NCBI RefSeq assembly: GCF_006345805.1 | Contig: NC_042997.1 | Span: forward strand, 128,464,001 to 128,528,000 | From: Octopus sinensis | Lineage: Eukaryota | Direction of reading: 5' to 3' | Length of the DNA stretch: 64,000 nucleotides | Shown here: positions 34,300 through 48,648 of the stretch, piece by piece | How positions within the stretch are numbered: position 1 is the stretch's first letter | How the letters are laid out: every line of letters begins with the position of its first letter | Made by a program: the position numbers and the translations under genes | Notes under the pieces: model-generated | What the model was told of the DNA's origin: nothing | Databases searched by the model: none | What the model saw: only the letters and a program-made list of their open reading frames with translations

Positions 34300-35700
34300 T
34301 TTGTCCTTATCTGAATCTTTTACATCTTTTATACAGACAAAAGCCTTGTTTTTTTCATGTTTCACTTATCAGTTTCTCTTAGCTTGATTATCACATTTAT
34401 CAGCTTCTTTTTGCTCAGTTTTAAATATTTTTGAAGTCCCACTGTTATTCTTTGTAGTAGTTTTCTGTTTGTATCAAATCCCACCCTCCTTTTGTGTGGT
34501 GTAAGCATATTCTATCTGTATTAGTTTGGGGGAAGTGACTTTGGAATGCTGTCAGTAGATTCCTTGTTTTTCTGTCTAAGCTCTTCAATTCACTTAACTT
34601 CTGTTTTATTATGTTGAAACTGTAGTTTATAACTGGGATGACTAGCATATTTGTATCTACTATCTTATTATTGACTCTCACAACATTCTTTGTTAATAAT
34701 TTTACCCTTTATTTCTGTGTTCTATTTTATTACTTTCATCTACTCCTAAGTCTCAGTGTGGTTGGTATCATCCTTAATAAGGAAATGGTCTAAAGTTTGT
34801 AATATTTTTGTTCCATGAGAATTTCATCATTAATAAAGTTGAAGATAGAAGGGATAATGAGCTTCCCTGCAAGAATCCTTTTCTTGTGGATGTAGGATTG
34901 ATTTTAATTGTCTTCTCTTTAATTTGTAATGATATTGTTTTCCATTTTGATATTACATGGGTGATGTATTTTGTTAGTATTTAAGCTGCTTTATTTAGGT
35001 AGAGTGTCTTCAGTATTCAGGAGTGTAGAATGCTATCAATTGTTTCTCATTCGTTAATCTAGACCAGGCTAAGTTTTGTTTTCCTCTTTTTATTGTCTTC
35101 TATAATTGCCTGGTTCACCAGTAACTTCTTTTTACAAGCTAAACATTTCTTTCAGTTCCCCTGGTAATATATTATTACTCCCCAAGCAAGTAACCTACTT
35201 GTTGTAAATATGGATGCAAGGGCTTTGTATGTTGCTAGCAAGCAGGTTATAGGCTTGAATTTTGTGTATCTTTCATACTGAAGAGTTAATATGCTTTCCT
35301 CTCCAATAACCAACAGTTGCTGATTCAGGTCTGCTTATCATTTCATGAGATTTTGTTGCCATATACCCATGAATGCTGGTTAGCTGCTTCAACCATAAAT
35401 TGAGGTCATTGTCAATCCCAAGAGTTTTCCCATTGCTTGCAGTTCTCAATGTGTTGTTGGGTTTCTTGCTATCATTCTGAACTATATATGTGGTGTTATT
35501 ATGTTATTTTCTTCCTACCTTCTGATCTATTGTGCATTTTGGTTGTGTTAATTGTCCTTACTCCGTATTACTTCTTACTTTACTTGCATTTCTGGTTGTG
35601 TTGATGTGCCATCCAGTATTTCGAATTTTTTGTTTATGTCCCTATTGAATCTTTTTGGTGTTTGATCAAAATACTCTATTCTTCTGTAAGAAGTATTCAT
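34300..35700 (-). pseudogene. Decayed R4/Dong-type non-LTR RT relic
   Basis: KPITCLLATYKALASIF (cf. YRPITCLPT.YK.LTSI) near 35200-35260 and VIPVINYSFNIIK..ELKSLDRKTRNLLT..DRICL...GGWDLIQ (cf. AIPV.TYSFG.I.W...L..LDRKTR.LL...RLYLPR..GGRGL) at 34480-34660; may extend to ~36500. Confidence 0.65.
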
Positions 35701-37599
35701 ATTTTCAAAGCATTCTGTTCTGCATGTTTTTGCAGTGATGATTTAGTTTCTTTTTTTATTTCCGAAGTGTCTTCTTTTTATTGGTATTGTTTTTTTTGTT
35801 GTTATTTGGCTACTTTTTTCTTCCTTTTTTTTTATATATTTACTTTTCCTTATATAAAGATATGTCTTTTACCTTTTCTCAAGTTTATGCATTTATTTTT
35901 TCCCAATTGTGGGGTTGGGTTTTGATGAAGTTCTAACTCTATTAGGATCAAGCTTGGTTTTCCTCATTAGTAACACTACTATGGAATAACTCAGATCCTT
36001 CAGCCAGTCAATACTGGGCAGTTTGTTGCCATGAACAGATTTTTTGCAAGGCCCTATTATATTTATTCTTTCATTAAGTTACACATCCTTTGTAGCTTGG
36101 GTAGATGTTTACATTGATCTTTCTTCATTGATTTTGTAATGTTCCTTTCTATTTTCCTTTTTATTTCAATTCAATCTACTTCAATATTAACTTTGGTTTC
36201 TCGGGTTTCTCTGTGTGTTTTCCTTCTGTTTCCTGTTTGGTATGGGCTTGAGGGTGCACTTTTGTTGTGGATGTGTATCTTGTTAAGTGTTTCTATAGAG
36301 GTTTCTATAATTTTAATTATCTTTTTGGATGTTAATTAATTATTCTGTGTATATTGCTTTTGATCTACTGTCCTATCTTGCTTGTTCTTCAGATGGTGAC
36401 TTCTATGATTGTTTTCCCTTTTTTTAGGTCTCATTTATAGATTTGTGGTCATCTCTTGTGTTGCTTTCTTTCTTTTCTGGGGGGTCTTATGTATTTTGTG
36501 TACGGTGGGCTCTATTGTAATGTGTTCATTTGTTTGTAGTAAGATGTTTTTGTTTTTTCTCAGTGTATATCATCTCTAAGAGCTTGTCTATTTTAATCAT
36601 TTTATTGCTTACTACAAATCTGTACATGTTCACCACTGTGTTTATGGTAACATTTTTCCTCACTTCTTTGGACCAATGTATGCGACTTCCTTCTCCCTTC
36701 AAAATTGCTAACCTTGTGACCAAATTAGAAAGAATTATCATCATAATCAGCTGCAGCAGCTGTGTTACATCACTGTAGACTAAGCCTTTAGAACCACTTG
36801 TACTGTAGCCTGGCAATAATGGCTGTTAATTTTCTCCAAGCCCTCCTTTAACTGTAGTTGGGCCTCACCATATATATTATATAAATATATTCACATTAAG
36901 ATGGCCTAACACCTTTAGCATTTAGAATACTTCTCAGTCAAATAAATGTCAGCCAAACTGCATGCCATATTTTATTTATATCACGATGCCCGAGGGAGGA
37001 GAAATATTTAGTAATAGATTTTGAATTCGTTTTGAAGCAGAAGAGATAATAAATTAGATTGGTGCTCGTAACAAGAAGCATGAGGACACTGTAGAAACAG
37101 TTCTAAATGAAGGGATCAATTTTATATGTTAGTACAAAAAGTTTGGTGCAGCAGTTCTGAAGAACAGTCTGTTGCAGTAGTGAATGAAAAGACAAAGTGT
37201 GTCATCATGTGAATATAAAGCAGAAACTGAAGGTTTACAGTTGGGAAAGGTTTATCTATCAGGCCTGAGGGTTTTGTTTTTCTTGATGCAATCTTAGCTG
37301 AACTAAATCTTCACACAACCTAATAATAAAACCAAATCATTGATGTAGTTTCAACACCACTATAATTAAATGACTCTAAAGCCTCCAAAAGCCAAAACTC
37401 CACAAGGTCACCCAACCTATGAGAAGTCCTTACTCTCTTAAAAGAGAAAAGAATACATTGGACAATGTTTTAGTCCTTATTGTACAAAAATGCAGGATGG
37501 TCATAGCTAGCACATCCAGCAGGTTACCTGATATTCCAGATTACACAGCTAAATGAAAAGATGGACTCTAAGTATCCTCCAAGGGCTCTTTTCTCTCAC

Positions 37600-37790
37600 T
37601 CATTGATAGCCATTATTTGACAATATTTGTTTGAACTCAGTGAAAGCAACACAGGCCAGTCCAATGTTTATCGTAATTTCTTTGATGTTTTTCCTAACAA
37701 ATGTAATGATGGTTTCCCAATATTTAAAGTTATTAACTTGTTTCAAAGTTGTTCCCTTAATGATGTTGTAAATTAGAAGTACTTTCTTTA
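37600..37790 (-). pseudogene. Old RTE-clade RT fragment
   Basis: IKGTTLKQVNNFKY..IIT..KEITINIGLACVAFTEFKQIL resembles L.QV..FKYLG.....EI..RI..A..AF..L..IL. Confidence 0.55.
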
Positions 37791-40700
37791 AGGTCATCTC
37801 CTTTCAGACCCAAACCCATCTTTTTTTTCTCATCATCAGCAATACTTCTCAGCACTCTCTCTCTCTCTTTCTCTCCATCTCTATCACCCTTTCTTCTCTT
37901 TCCCGCTCTTCCCTTCACCCCTTTCCCCCTCTCACTCCCTCTCATCCTCCTCTTTCTTTCTCTTCTCTGTTGCTCTCTCGCCCTTTTCACCTTGGGTCTC
38001 TTCTGTTACTCTTTTGTCTATCACCATCACACTCTGACCCTCTTCCCACCTGGCTGTGTCAGAAAGAAACAAATGATGAGACAATGCAGGGAAGTGCAAA
38101 CTTGCTTTAGTTTTGTTGGAAATGAGACGACCTGTGTGTGGCACTAAATGAGCAGAGACAACATATGGGAAGGGAAGGCTTCTTTAGACTTATTAGGGAT
38201 ACAACAACCATTTTAGTGCTGATGCCATCATAAAATTCACCCAGCATGTTCTGTTATGTTGCTGACATAGGAAGAGCATCCAGCTATATAAATCATGTTA
38301 CAAATGAAATGTGTGGATGAGATGTGATTATCAACTCCTCTTGGAGAACAGTATCTCCAAATAAGAGCTGACACAGATTGTGATGACTTGCCTAGCAATG
38401 GAAAGGAGTCATACAATAATGGCAGACCAGCTATCAGTAACTGGTCACTTGTAGTAACTACTCTTGTTTGATTACTTGTCTTAGGTCTGACAGACTCAAC
38501 TCTTGGAACTTTTCAACCAATATAAAACAAAATAAAGGATTTACTTTAATGTTTGCAAAGAAAATTATGTAAACATTATGACATACTTAAATTGACATAT
38601 GCTTAATGTTTGTATTTATTGAAGCAAGTTAAATATATACATTTGTTCTTTGTATGGATTGTAACCAATTGCAAATAACCTAAGAGCTAAAGTGGGGTTT
38701 GTCAGAAACTGTGGATTAAGATAATATGAGATTATATTCTAAGTGATAAGATATCGTCTTGTTATAATGATATACTTGTATTTTGGTTATTAAACTGTTT
38801 CACGCTAGATCTAATAAGATATGGATTAATATTCCAGTCAATAATATGTGCATTATACTACTATGCAGGTGTTAATGAAAAGAGAATTATTGTATGAGTG
38901 CATTCTGTGGTAGTTAATTAATGAAATTGTTTTATAAATATATCTTTATAAAGTGAAATGCTGTTTTTAACTGATGTAATTGAAATATAGAAATCATTCT
39001 AAACACGAACAAAGCACACATGTATTATATTCAATACTGCAATAGATATCTTTTATCAGCAACAAATACATATTCTTTAAACCTGAACAGATTTAAGTGG
39101 AAGAAAAAAATATGGAAATACAGGTTTCTGACAGAGTTGTTCACTTTCAAAACTAGAATATATTATAAAATTGGTAAATTTTCTGTTTTATTTTTCTTAA
39201 TATCTTTTTCTGGGAATTGTTACTACTGGAAGCAATAGATGTGCTTATCATTATGATACTAGGATATGTTTCACTCCTCATCTTATGTTACAGAATAACG
39301 TTAAATGTAATAATTTAATATGTATCTTTATTGATATGTTGTTCTCCTATCTGGAAACATGGATTTGAAGCCGATTTCTTTTAAGCTTAAAATATCAATA
39401 TAAATAATCTATATATGTTCACATGACAAATCTCAATTTCTCTCTGTGAAATTATCTTTTATGGAAGCTTTATCTCCGTAAGATGCTATAATTGGTTTAT
39501 ATGTGTCATAGAATATAAGCTGCATATATTACTGATCTTTTCTTGTGGAGTAAATTCTCAATCTTTCAAGTAGTACAGAAGCATTTCTCAATGATAGACA
39601 TCACCACATCAGAGAAATAGGCCTTTACTGGATCAGGCCCTAATGACATTCTAAATGGAAAACCCAAGTGACTGATCTGGAATTAAAATTGGAAAATCTT
39701 GTTGGATAATCTATAATGTATTGTTAATAACAGCTTCTAGAAGAAGAAGTCAGGAAATTTGTAGGTGAGTGCTGACTGCAGGCATCAGTTGAGATGATAT
39801 CAAAATAGTATCCCTAGCATGAACTGCAGTACTTCAGCGAAAACAGATGTCTGTCAATTCTTAATAATTCTGATCCATTATTTTGTCAAATTGTAGTGCA
39901 AGTCTATATTTTATCTACTAGATTTTCGCTTCACTTTGATGTATATGATTTTTGCATTAAAGTAACAGTTGAAAGTAGTTCTTTAGTCTAACTTTAATCA
40001 TATTTCCTTAAGTTTTGTACTCTCAAGCAGAATGTTAACTCAATCTGTGAATTGTGATTTTGGAATTGATAATCAACAGATGTTTTGATCTAGCCAGACG
40101 TCTCTGTTTTCATATTCGTATTGCTAGTGTTAATATATTTTAGGAAACTCTCTGGAGGATCATTGCTAAATGTACATCTCTACATCTCTTTTTTCTTTTC
40201 TTTTTTTTTTTTTGTTTTTCATTTCTATGCTCGACACTCTTGATCTTTAAGCTAGAAATTTCTCTCACCTTTTCTGACTTGTGACATTTATTTCTGTTCA
40301 GCTCATTTTCTTATTTATTTATTTATTTCCAAAGAAGTTGTGTATTCAATAATTTTAGTTTTTGTCAGACTAATATGTGAAACGTTTGAAATGTTTTTAT
40401 TCTACAATTGACTAAGTAGGCATTCTACACATGGAGGGGAATAGATCTTTTGAAAGGTTGTGTATTTGGTTGATATTAGTGTAGGCATACCATAAAATAC
40501 TTCCTGGGTGGAGCCTTGAAAGCCACTCAAATAATAAAAATCATAGTATCGTTACTTATATGTATATATTTATTTATAAATCTTTACATAACTGTATGTG
40601 CTGAGTGTGTGAGTGTGTAAATTAATAGATGCATGCCCATACAGAGATGCACAAATGCTTCATGTTATATAAATATAGATATAGATATACATATATATAT

Positions 40701-41207
40701 AATATATTGAGTGAATGAACACAAATATGCTTCACAATGTCTCTCTTTTTGTCATTAAATTACCATTAATGTATTCTTAAGACCATTTTACAAATTAACA
40801 AAGTTTCACTTTTGAGATTACCGACAAAATTTCTAATGCATTGTTTACAATTATCTCTGATTGAATTAATGTTTCATTTAAGTATAGTGTAAAGGAGAAG
40901 CTGTGTGAATCTAGAATCTAAAGAATAAAAACACATGTTTCTCAGAAAAATTCAGCCATTGTACTTACTTTGTGGGTTTTATGATGTGGCTGTTCTTCTG
41001 CTTCTTTGTTTCTTTACTATTTGTGGCAATCTAATTTGAATTTTACTGATTGATTGCAAAATTGAGTCATTGCTCTTTTTAGTTTTCTGTTCAGGTTTCA
41101 GCTGTTTTGCTATGCCAATAATGATCCCATTTAGTATTTTCCAATAAAATAGGTGTGATTTCTACTGCCTTGTTTATTTCTGTTACTGCTTGTATTTTAG
41201 TTGTTGA

Positions 41208-41209
<2 letters not shown>

Positions 41210-41269
<60 letters not shown>
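41210..41269. repeat. (AT)n microsatellite
   Basis: Direct reading. Confidence 0.95.
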
Positions 41270-41271
<2 letters not shown>

Positions 41272-42084
41272 TAGCCTTTAAATTGAAAAGAAATGTTAAG
41301 AAAGTGTTACCTCTTCAGACACAGTGAGATACGAATGAATAAAACATATTGTAAAAATATATCCTGTGTTGTTTATACGATTTGCTTCAGGTGATATTTT
41401 CTTCACTTGTTAAGTGACAGACATCAAGTATTAGATTAGTATTTAGGTCAAGTAGACCAGTCAGAGGTGGAAGGATTGCACTTTAGTCAGAGGTGGAAGG
41501 ATAGCACCTATGACCTCTTTCAGAACTTCCAAAGACTGATAGGAGGCAGTTAACCTTACCCTGGAGACCTGACTCAAAAACTTGTAATAAAATGGGCTCT
41601 GCCGAAGGCCAGTGGGGTAGTGTTAAACCAACCAACATATTAAATATAAGAGTGAACAGTGAAATTCTGAAATTGATTTTGTCTTGTATTTAATCCCAGG
41701 CAGTGCTGGATTATCCATTAAGCAAAATAAATATGCTTAGGGTATCAAGGGCCGAGGAGCACCACAAAAATGGTAAATGGTTTATAGCACAAAAGAAATC
41801 ACTTTAAACTTGTAAAATAATATTCAAAGTGGTGTATATGATCAGAAATATAATTTTCAAGTGTTCATAGTGTCATAGTGAGAATCTGATCAAAGATTTT
41901 GCAATTAAAAAAAGTAGGAACAAACTTTTCATATATAAATAGTGGAAATATAAAACAATAAACATTATTTTCCATCTTCTTGTTAGTTTTGTTGCGTTTT
42001 GAAAAATGAAAATTTATTTTATGGTTTATTAATGTTTATATTTTGACTTACACATATATGGGGGCACAAAAATCAGATCTTAAT

Positions 42085-42285
42085 TTGGTCCTGATCCCCT
42101 GTAATCTCTGAATCAAGTATGTCCATAGTCAAAGGTGTTTCAGCCATAACCATCTCATCCTGCCTTTTTGTATATTAAGGACTGCATTGTCCATTGTATC
42201 TTTCTTTAAATTTAAAATGTGTAATTTAAAGAAGATTTTGCTATTATTTCTAGCAGATCAGGTGATTGTGTAGAGAATCAGGTTA
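42085..42285 (-). mobile_element. Family D repeat
   Basis: ccatagtcaaaggtgtttcagccataaccatc..gaagattttgctattatttctagcag. Confidence 0.55.
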
Positions 42286-43741
42286 TAACTTTTGATAAGG
42301 TGTGCAGAAATTGAACTTAGCTAATGAATCAGTTTACAGTATGTTTACTTCCCATGACAGTGCAGTGTTGTTACCACATAGTACCTATTTTAACTAGGTA
42401 GACTGGGCCACTTGAAAGTTAAGTATCTTTGTCATAGACATAATACACTGCCAGTCCCAGGATATAGCACACAAACTTTTCAGTTGGTTGTTTATTGCCT
42501 CATTATCTGTCCACCTATTCATGTTCACTCATCTTTTAGACCATAAGCTAAATTGCGCATTTATCTCTGATGAATTTCTGTTGTCATCATCTTTCTTACA
42601 TCTACATTTCCATGCTAATATGGGTTAGACAGGTTTTTAAAGGTAGTAACACCCAGATGCCATTCCTGGTGCCAGACCTTTTAGTTACTTCTTACAACAT
42701 GCAGGGATATGGTGTACCTTATTCTAAAACCAGGATAAGCACCAAGAAAAGTGCTTAATTTCTATCTCACTCTCTTCCATTAAAGCAAGTATGTTCTTGA
42801 GATGATTTAAAGTAGATATTTAAATATTCAAAGATATGAAAACTTCCCACACCCAACAAGTGAATCCTCATTTTAAAAGATTAACTTTACACTTTCAAAA
42901 ACTATTCCTATCAGTTTTTCAATCACTGAACCTGACAGAATATCAAAACTCTTCTGGTATAAGTTTAGTGTCAGTGAAGAGACATTTTGGATGGTGGACT
43001 TAATCCATCACCTGATTCATCACTACCAGCGGGCCCATGATTGCCTTTAGAGCTCACTCTATAGCAAGAATGTCAACCAGGTCTCTGGTCTGAGAATAAT
43101 TTCATCCCACCAATCTTGGAAGTATTGAAAAGATTACAGGCACTTTTCTTCCTTCTCTTTCGGGGCCTTAAAAAAATACATTGTGATCTTTTGACTAGCT
43201 GCACTGAAAAGCTTAAGTTTTTTTTACTGTACTTTAGGTATGTGTCTCCATTAAAGCATTGAAAAGAGATGTATATTAACCAGCATAGTACCCATAAAAA
43301 AATGATGGTGCTTATTTCTATAATTTAAATTTTTTCTATTTGAAGCCTTGCTTCATTTCTTGATTTATTTCAGTTATTCTATTTCTTAAATCAACCTCCT
43401 CTTTTCTCTGTCCTCAATGCCATCCCAACCGTATTATTACTTATGCTATGTCTTCCCCTCTCTTATTCTTTCTTCCAAGCCCTCTCTATATTTCACTGTC
43501 TGCTCATATGACTGCTTGTCTTCTTACTGGCTGACTAATGGTTATCTTTTCTCTTTTCCTCCCACTCTACTAGCTTTCTCCTATCTATTTATGTATCTTA
43601 TCCACTTCTCTTTATAATTCTTCCTTTTTCTTCCACCTCTATCAACATAGTTGTTCCTCTCTTATCCTTTACCTAACTTTCAGTATGACTTGGACACTTG
43701 AACAAAGGTTGTCAATTTCACTTCATCATTTAGTACAATGC

Positions 43742-43742
<1 letters not shown>

Positions 43743-43791
<49 letters not shown>

Positions 43792-43802
43792 TGTGTGTGT
43801 GT
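43743..43802. repeat. (GT)n microsatellite
   Basis: Direct reading. Confidence 0.95.
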
Positions 43803-46224
43803 GCATGCACATGCGTGTGTGTGCATGCACATGCGTGTGTAGCATGGCTCCCTGTTTCCTTTTCCTTTGTCCACTCCTAGCTATTCCTCCTTATAGTAAT
43901 GCTGAAATATAGAAACCAGTGAACAAAAAAAAGTCACTTGGCCCTTTGTAGAAAATATATAAAGAATACAAAACATTTATTCTTGCCCTCTTCTTTCCTC
44001 ATTCCCTTTTTATATTTCTAATCATTCTTATCTCTTCCTTTCTTCTCAGTGTTACTCTCTTTCTCTCTCTCTCACTTCCACTATCCTTTTTTTTCTTTTC
44101 AATGTTACTCTGTATCCTTCTTTCTTAGTAATTCTATTCTCTCTTTTTCTTCTCAATGCTACCTGTCAAATACACATATCATTCATATATAACTTAGAAA
44201 TTCTCTGCAGAGAACATCAAATATATTCAGTCAAATTATGCCTATCAAAAATAAAATAGAATTACTAAGTGAGACTGACATGCTATTAAGACCTACAGTA
44301 AAGTAGTAGGATGTACTAAGTTACAACAACAACAACAACAGTAGTAGTAGTAGTAGTAGTAGTAGCAGCAACAATAACAATAATAACCTAAAGTGTGTTA
44401 GATTTATTAAGTGGTGTTAAAACCTATATTGTGAAATCAGAGGTCAGTTGTTAAAAATTTGGAGGAAGAGAAGTCAAGGAAGCATATATGAAAAGGAGAG
44501 AAAGAGATAGCATAAAAAATTTTCTGTCCAATGTTGATTAGTTGAGGGTGTTGAATCAATTATTCTATTCTCTGTTCTAAATCCTATCCAATGCCATGAA
44601 ATGTCATGAAATTATTGGTTTAGTATTTTATATTCTAGTTCCTGACACTGACTGGGATTACTGTGCCACACAACACTGACCAAACCCAACTTTTCATGTT
44701 AGCAACTTTAGAAAAGAATCATAACTGTTGCATAATGCAACCTTTCACATTTCGTGATGGGCCACTATCTGATACTTTAAAAAGCTCGTCATTTCAAAAG
44801 CAACATTGTAGTCCTCACATTCAAGCTCTCTTTGGATTTGCATAATTATGGAGTGAGCGAAGCAGAAGATTTATATCTAACAATTCATATTTATTGCTGT
44901 ATAATTTATTGAACTGCAAATATGACTAAGAGGCAAGCTCACAAAAATAGTCCTATCTTTTCTACTTGATAGCTATTGATACTCAGAATTTTCATACATA
45001 TTTCTCAGACTGCTTTGTATTCTATATTCTGTAGTGACTATATTATACAGGCTTGGCAAGAAAGTGAAATGTCAAAAGTGATCATAATATTTACTGCTTA
45101 TACACTTTTTGTTTGTTTGGGTTTTTTTTAAATTTACCAATTCCAAACATAATTAATTCTGATTATCAACTTTAAAATTATTAAGTATTTTAATGATGTG
45201 TTCAACGATATTAATCAACAATTAAAAGCTTGTTACTAACATCTAGTTGATTTTTGGATTAAGGAGTGATAAGAATTTATATGACTGAAGAACACATAAG
45301 TGACTCAACTGGAATGGCATCAGTTGAAAGTTATTTAATTATCAACATCTATAATAAAATTCTTTGCATGTTGAAAACTACTCATCAATATAACTGAAGA
45401 AAAGATAGAGAAATCTAACCATTTCTGTCTGTCTTTGAAGACATATCTGTCAGTCTCTGTTATTGGTTATCACATCAGAGGAGGAAACAACTTGTTGCAG
45501 GTGTCCAGTAAGTGAAACATCATTGGATTACAGTAATGCTTCAATATTTCCTTATTTATGGACACACATAGCAACTGTTGATTGTTTTCACATGTCTCAC
45601 AACGTTATGTTCTATATCTCTGATTCCATTTATTTATTTTATGTTAACGAGGTGTCTTTGGTAGAAGGTACCCAGTTTGATTTCCTTGTATCATTACTAC
45701 ACCACATCATGAGCATTACGTTGCAGTCATCATTGCCATTGCCATCATCATCATGTTGCACATGTGCTTCTAGATATATTGGTGATATCTCATCTTTCAT
45801 AAAGTAACTATGAAGAACACTGCCTATGGTTTCTTTACATCACATATAAAACTTGAAAATATCTTATTACTACAATGTATTCAATGTGTAATTATGTTTT
45901 CCAAATCTAATACTCAATATATTTCCATTAATATTATAAAACAGGCCTTTTATAGCTAACTTTACTGATACTGTACAATATTTGTAGAACATTACATGTT
46001 ATGGTAGTGAAGTTTATTTTACTGTGAAAACTATATTGAATTCAGACAGGTAGAATGTAGCAACATAATTTTTTCCTTTTTATGAAATTACCCAAATATT
46101 TTCTCCAGAGAATATGTATTAAGTATTCTGTGTTTAAATTCACCTACCAATTATGTGTGCTACCAGCACACCTATAACTTCACCAGTCATGTACCTTATC
46201 AGTAGAACTTGAGCCAGTGAGGGG

Positions 46225-46400
46225 GGATTCCATGCAGTCAGTAGCTTAGAATGCTAGAAATGGCTGCTTAATCTCCCTCAAATTATACCCTACTTTCTTA
46301 AATAAAGAAGGAAATATGAATGCAGTCTTAGATACCTTTAAAGACATGGAATGGTCACAGTTGAAATACCTTTGATCATAGATCTGCTCAGTTGGAGTTG
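46225..46400 (+). mobile_element. Family D repeat
   Basis: tgctagaaatggctgcttaatctccctcaaattatacccta..ggaatggtcacagttgaaatacctttgatcatagatctgctc. Confidence 0.65.
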
Positions 46401-46431
46401 ATATTTTACATGTCCCTGCTGCTGCTACTGA

Positions 46432-46438
46432 TACTACA

Positions 46439-46489
<51 letters not shown>
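46432..46489. repeat. (CTA)n microsatellite
   Basis: Direct reading. Confidence 0.95.
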
Positions 46490-46490
<1 letters not shown>

Positions 46491-46994
46491 TGTGTACTAA
46501 ATGTGCATAAATTATCACTATATATAATTGTACTACCACTACAGAAGGCTACAGATGTTTGAGACTGTATTTGCCTCTGTGTGTGTGTGTGTGCACATGC
46601 GTGCACGGGCACGTGTGAGCATTTGTGTAAATAAGTAGTGCTGCAGGAGGCTTGCAGTTGAATACATTTGAATCTTGAGATGAAAACTTAATTTTAGTTA
46701 TTATTTGATCAATGTTTTTGTGTGAAATAGCCACAATACTGAAGAAGCCTTCTTCTACTATTGTGTCAGGAACTAACTACATTGTATGTAGTGGGATTGC
46801 CTGAAGACTCAACCACAGATATCTACATTTGTAGTTCCATGCATTCTTACAGGTCTTCAAAAGTGCCTATTTATTTGTGTTACTCTACTCATCTGCAAGT
46901 ATAGAGATACACATTCAGATATATGTATATACATACATACATACTGGTGGAATAAGATGCTACAGGCAAAATCTGTAGCTCCATTTACTCACCA

Positions 46995-47092
46995 TATACA
47001 TACATACATACATACATACATACATACATACATACATACATACATACATACATACGTACATATATAGATATATGTATGTATGTAAATACATG

Positions 47093-47134
<42 letters not shown>

Positions 47135-47140
47135 CATATA
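46995..47140. repeat. (TACA)n/(TATG)n/(AT)n compound microsatellite
   Basis: Direct reading. Confidence 0.9.
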
Positions 47141-47627
47141 TTATAATCTGTGTGTGTGTGTGTATAAAATGAACTGTGAACTTATTTCCTTATTTCTTTA
47201 CTCTCTACTCTTCTGTTTCATCACTAATTTTCTGCAAATTTTCCATGTCTAAATCTTTTATCTGACTATTTCTATATCTAGATCTATCATATGTTCTCTA
47301 CTTGTCTCTGATGACAGAATACCCCATATTCAGGCATACTTGCCTATCACTTGGAATATCCCAGAAACAGCTGTAAGATCTCAACTAATTTTAAAATAAT
47401 ATAAAATAATGTATATGACTTGAGATGCCTGTAATGCCTTGGCATTTGTTGTCTTCTTTCACAAATATATATCTGCTAAATCGGAAACCTAAAATGGATC
47501 CATAGCTCCTGTCTTGGTTATGAGCTTGAAACCCTGATAATCTATTACAGCACTTACACAGCATACCTATTCATTTAGATCACCAGTGAACTAAACCCAC
47601 ATATTCTATATTGTATATACATATATA

Positions 47628-47662
<35 letters not shown>

Positions 47663-47692
47663 ATGCAATATACATATGGGCTGATTAAAATC

Positions 47693-48553
47693 ATGACCAG
47701 TTCAATGTTGATAAGTTTCAAGCACTCCACTATTGACCCACAAACAGACTACAATCTACATAGGACCATGGGGTAGTGCAATCCCAGAGTTAGAATCGGA
47801 TACTTGACCTGGAATCCATACGAGCAGTGATGCAGCATTGCATGTGCATATCGCCAGGATGGCAAAACTGTGCAGGCGAGCAGCTAGATGGATCCTTAGG
47901 TCATTCAAAACCAGAAATAAGGATACCTTGCTACTTCTATAGAGGACATTTGTCCTCAGTCACCTGGATTACTGCTCCTATCTGTGGTCACCATAGAGCA
48001 TCAAATTAATGGAAGAACTTGAGGCAATCCAGCACCACTACACAAACAAGATTGACTCAGTGAAACAGATGAGCTACTGGGAGAAGTTTCAAGAATTGAA
48101 GCTCTACTCCCTGAAGAGAAGGCAAGAAAGGTATGCAGTGATATATATATGGAAGATCCCAGAAGCTCTAACTCCCAACTCTGGAATTAAAAGCTATAAC
48201 AACCTCCAAACTGGATGGCACTGCATAATACCAAAGATAAAGTCTTCTTCATCACAGATAAGGACTCAGTATTGCAACAGCCTGGGTTTCAGAGGACCAA
48301 AACTGTTTAACATTCTGCCAATGAACCCAAGAGATCTGTATAGGGGTGGAACCATTCAAAAAGCTGAGGGACAAAATTCTATCTGAAATCCCAGATGAGC
48401 CCATATCACAGCAGAAGGCAGAAATAAGACCAGCTTCATCCAACTTGCTTCTTCACCAAGAACAGTACCAAAAGGAGACCCAAAAACACTTAAAGGCAGT
48501 GCTCCAGCATGGCCCCAGCCTCAGGTTGAAGCTAGTAAAAGAATAAAAGAATA
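47693..48553 (+). mobile_element. CR1/L2-group LINE 3' fragment (decayed RT C-terminus plus 3' UTR)
   Basis: QFNVDKFQALHY..WILRSFKTR..FVLSHLDYCS.LWSP..LEAIQ..SYWE..ELKLYSL.RRQERY..IYIWKI..NSLGFRGPKLFNILP..IPDEP, with stops and frameshifts; tail (aaaagaat)n. Confidence 0.85.
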
Positions 48554-48648
48554 CATATGTATGTATGTCTGTATACATATATGTATGTATGTATGTATGT
48601 ATATATGCATATACATATGTGTGTGTGTGTGAATATATATATATATAT

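Noticed and set aside
39734-39764. Plus-strand 31-nt micro-exon signal (LLEEEVRKFV)
   Set aside because: Weak polypyrimidine tract, no recognisable protein, and expected by chance at this scale.
41700-41770. Possible ancient DNA-transposon terminus (cagtgctggattatccattaagc); similar weak signal near 18960
   Set aside because: No matching opposite end or TSD could be identified.
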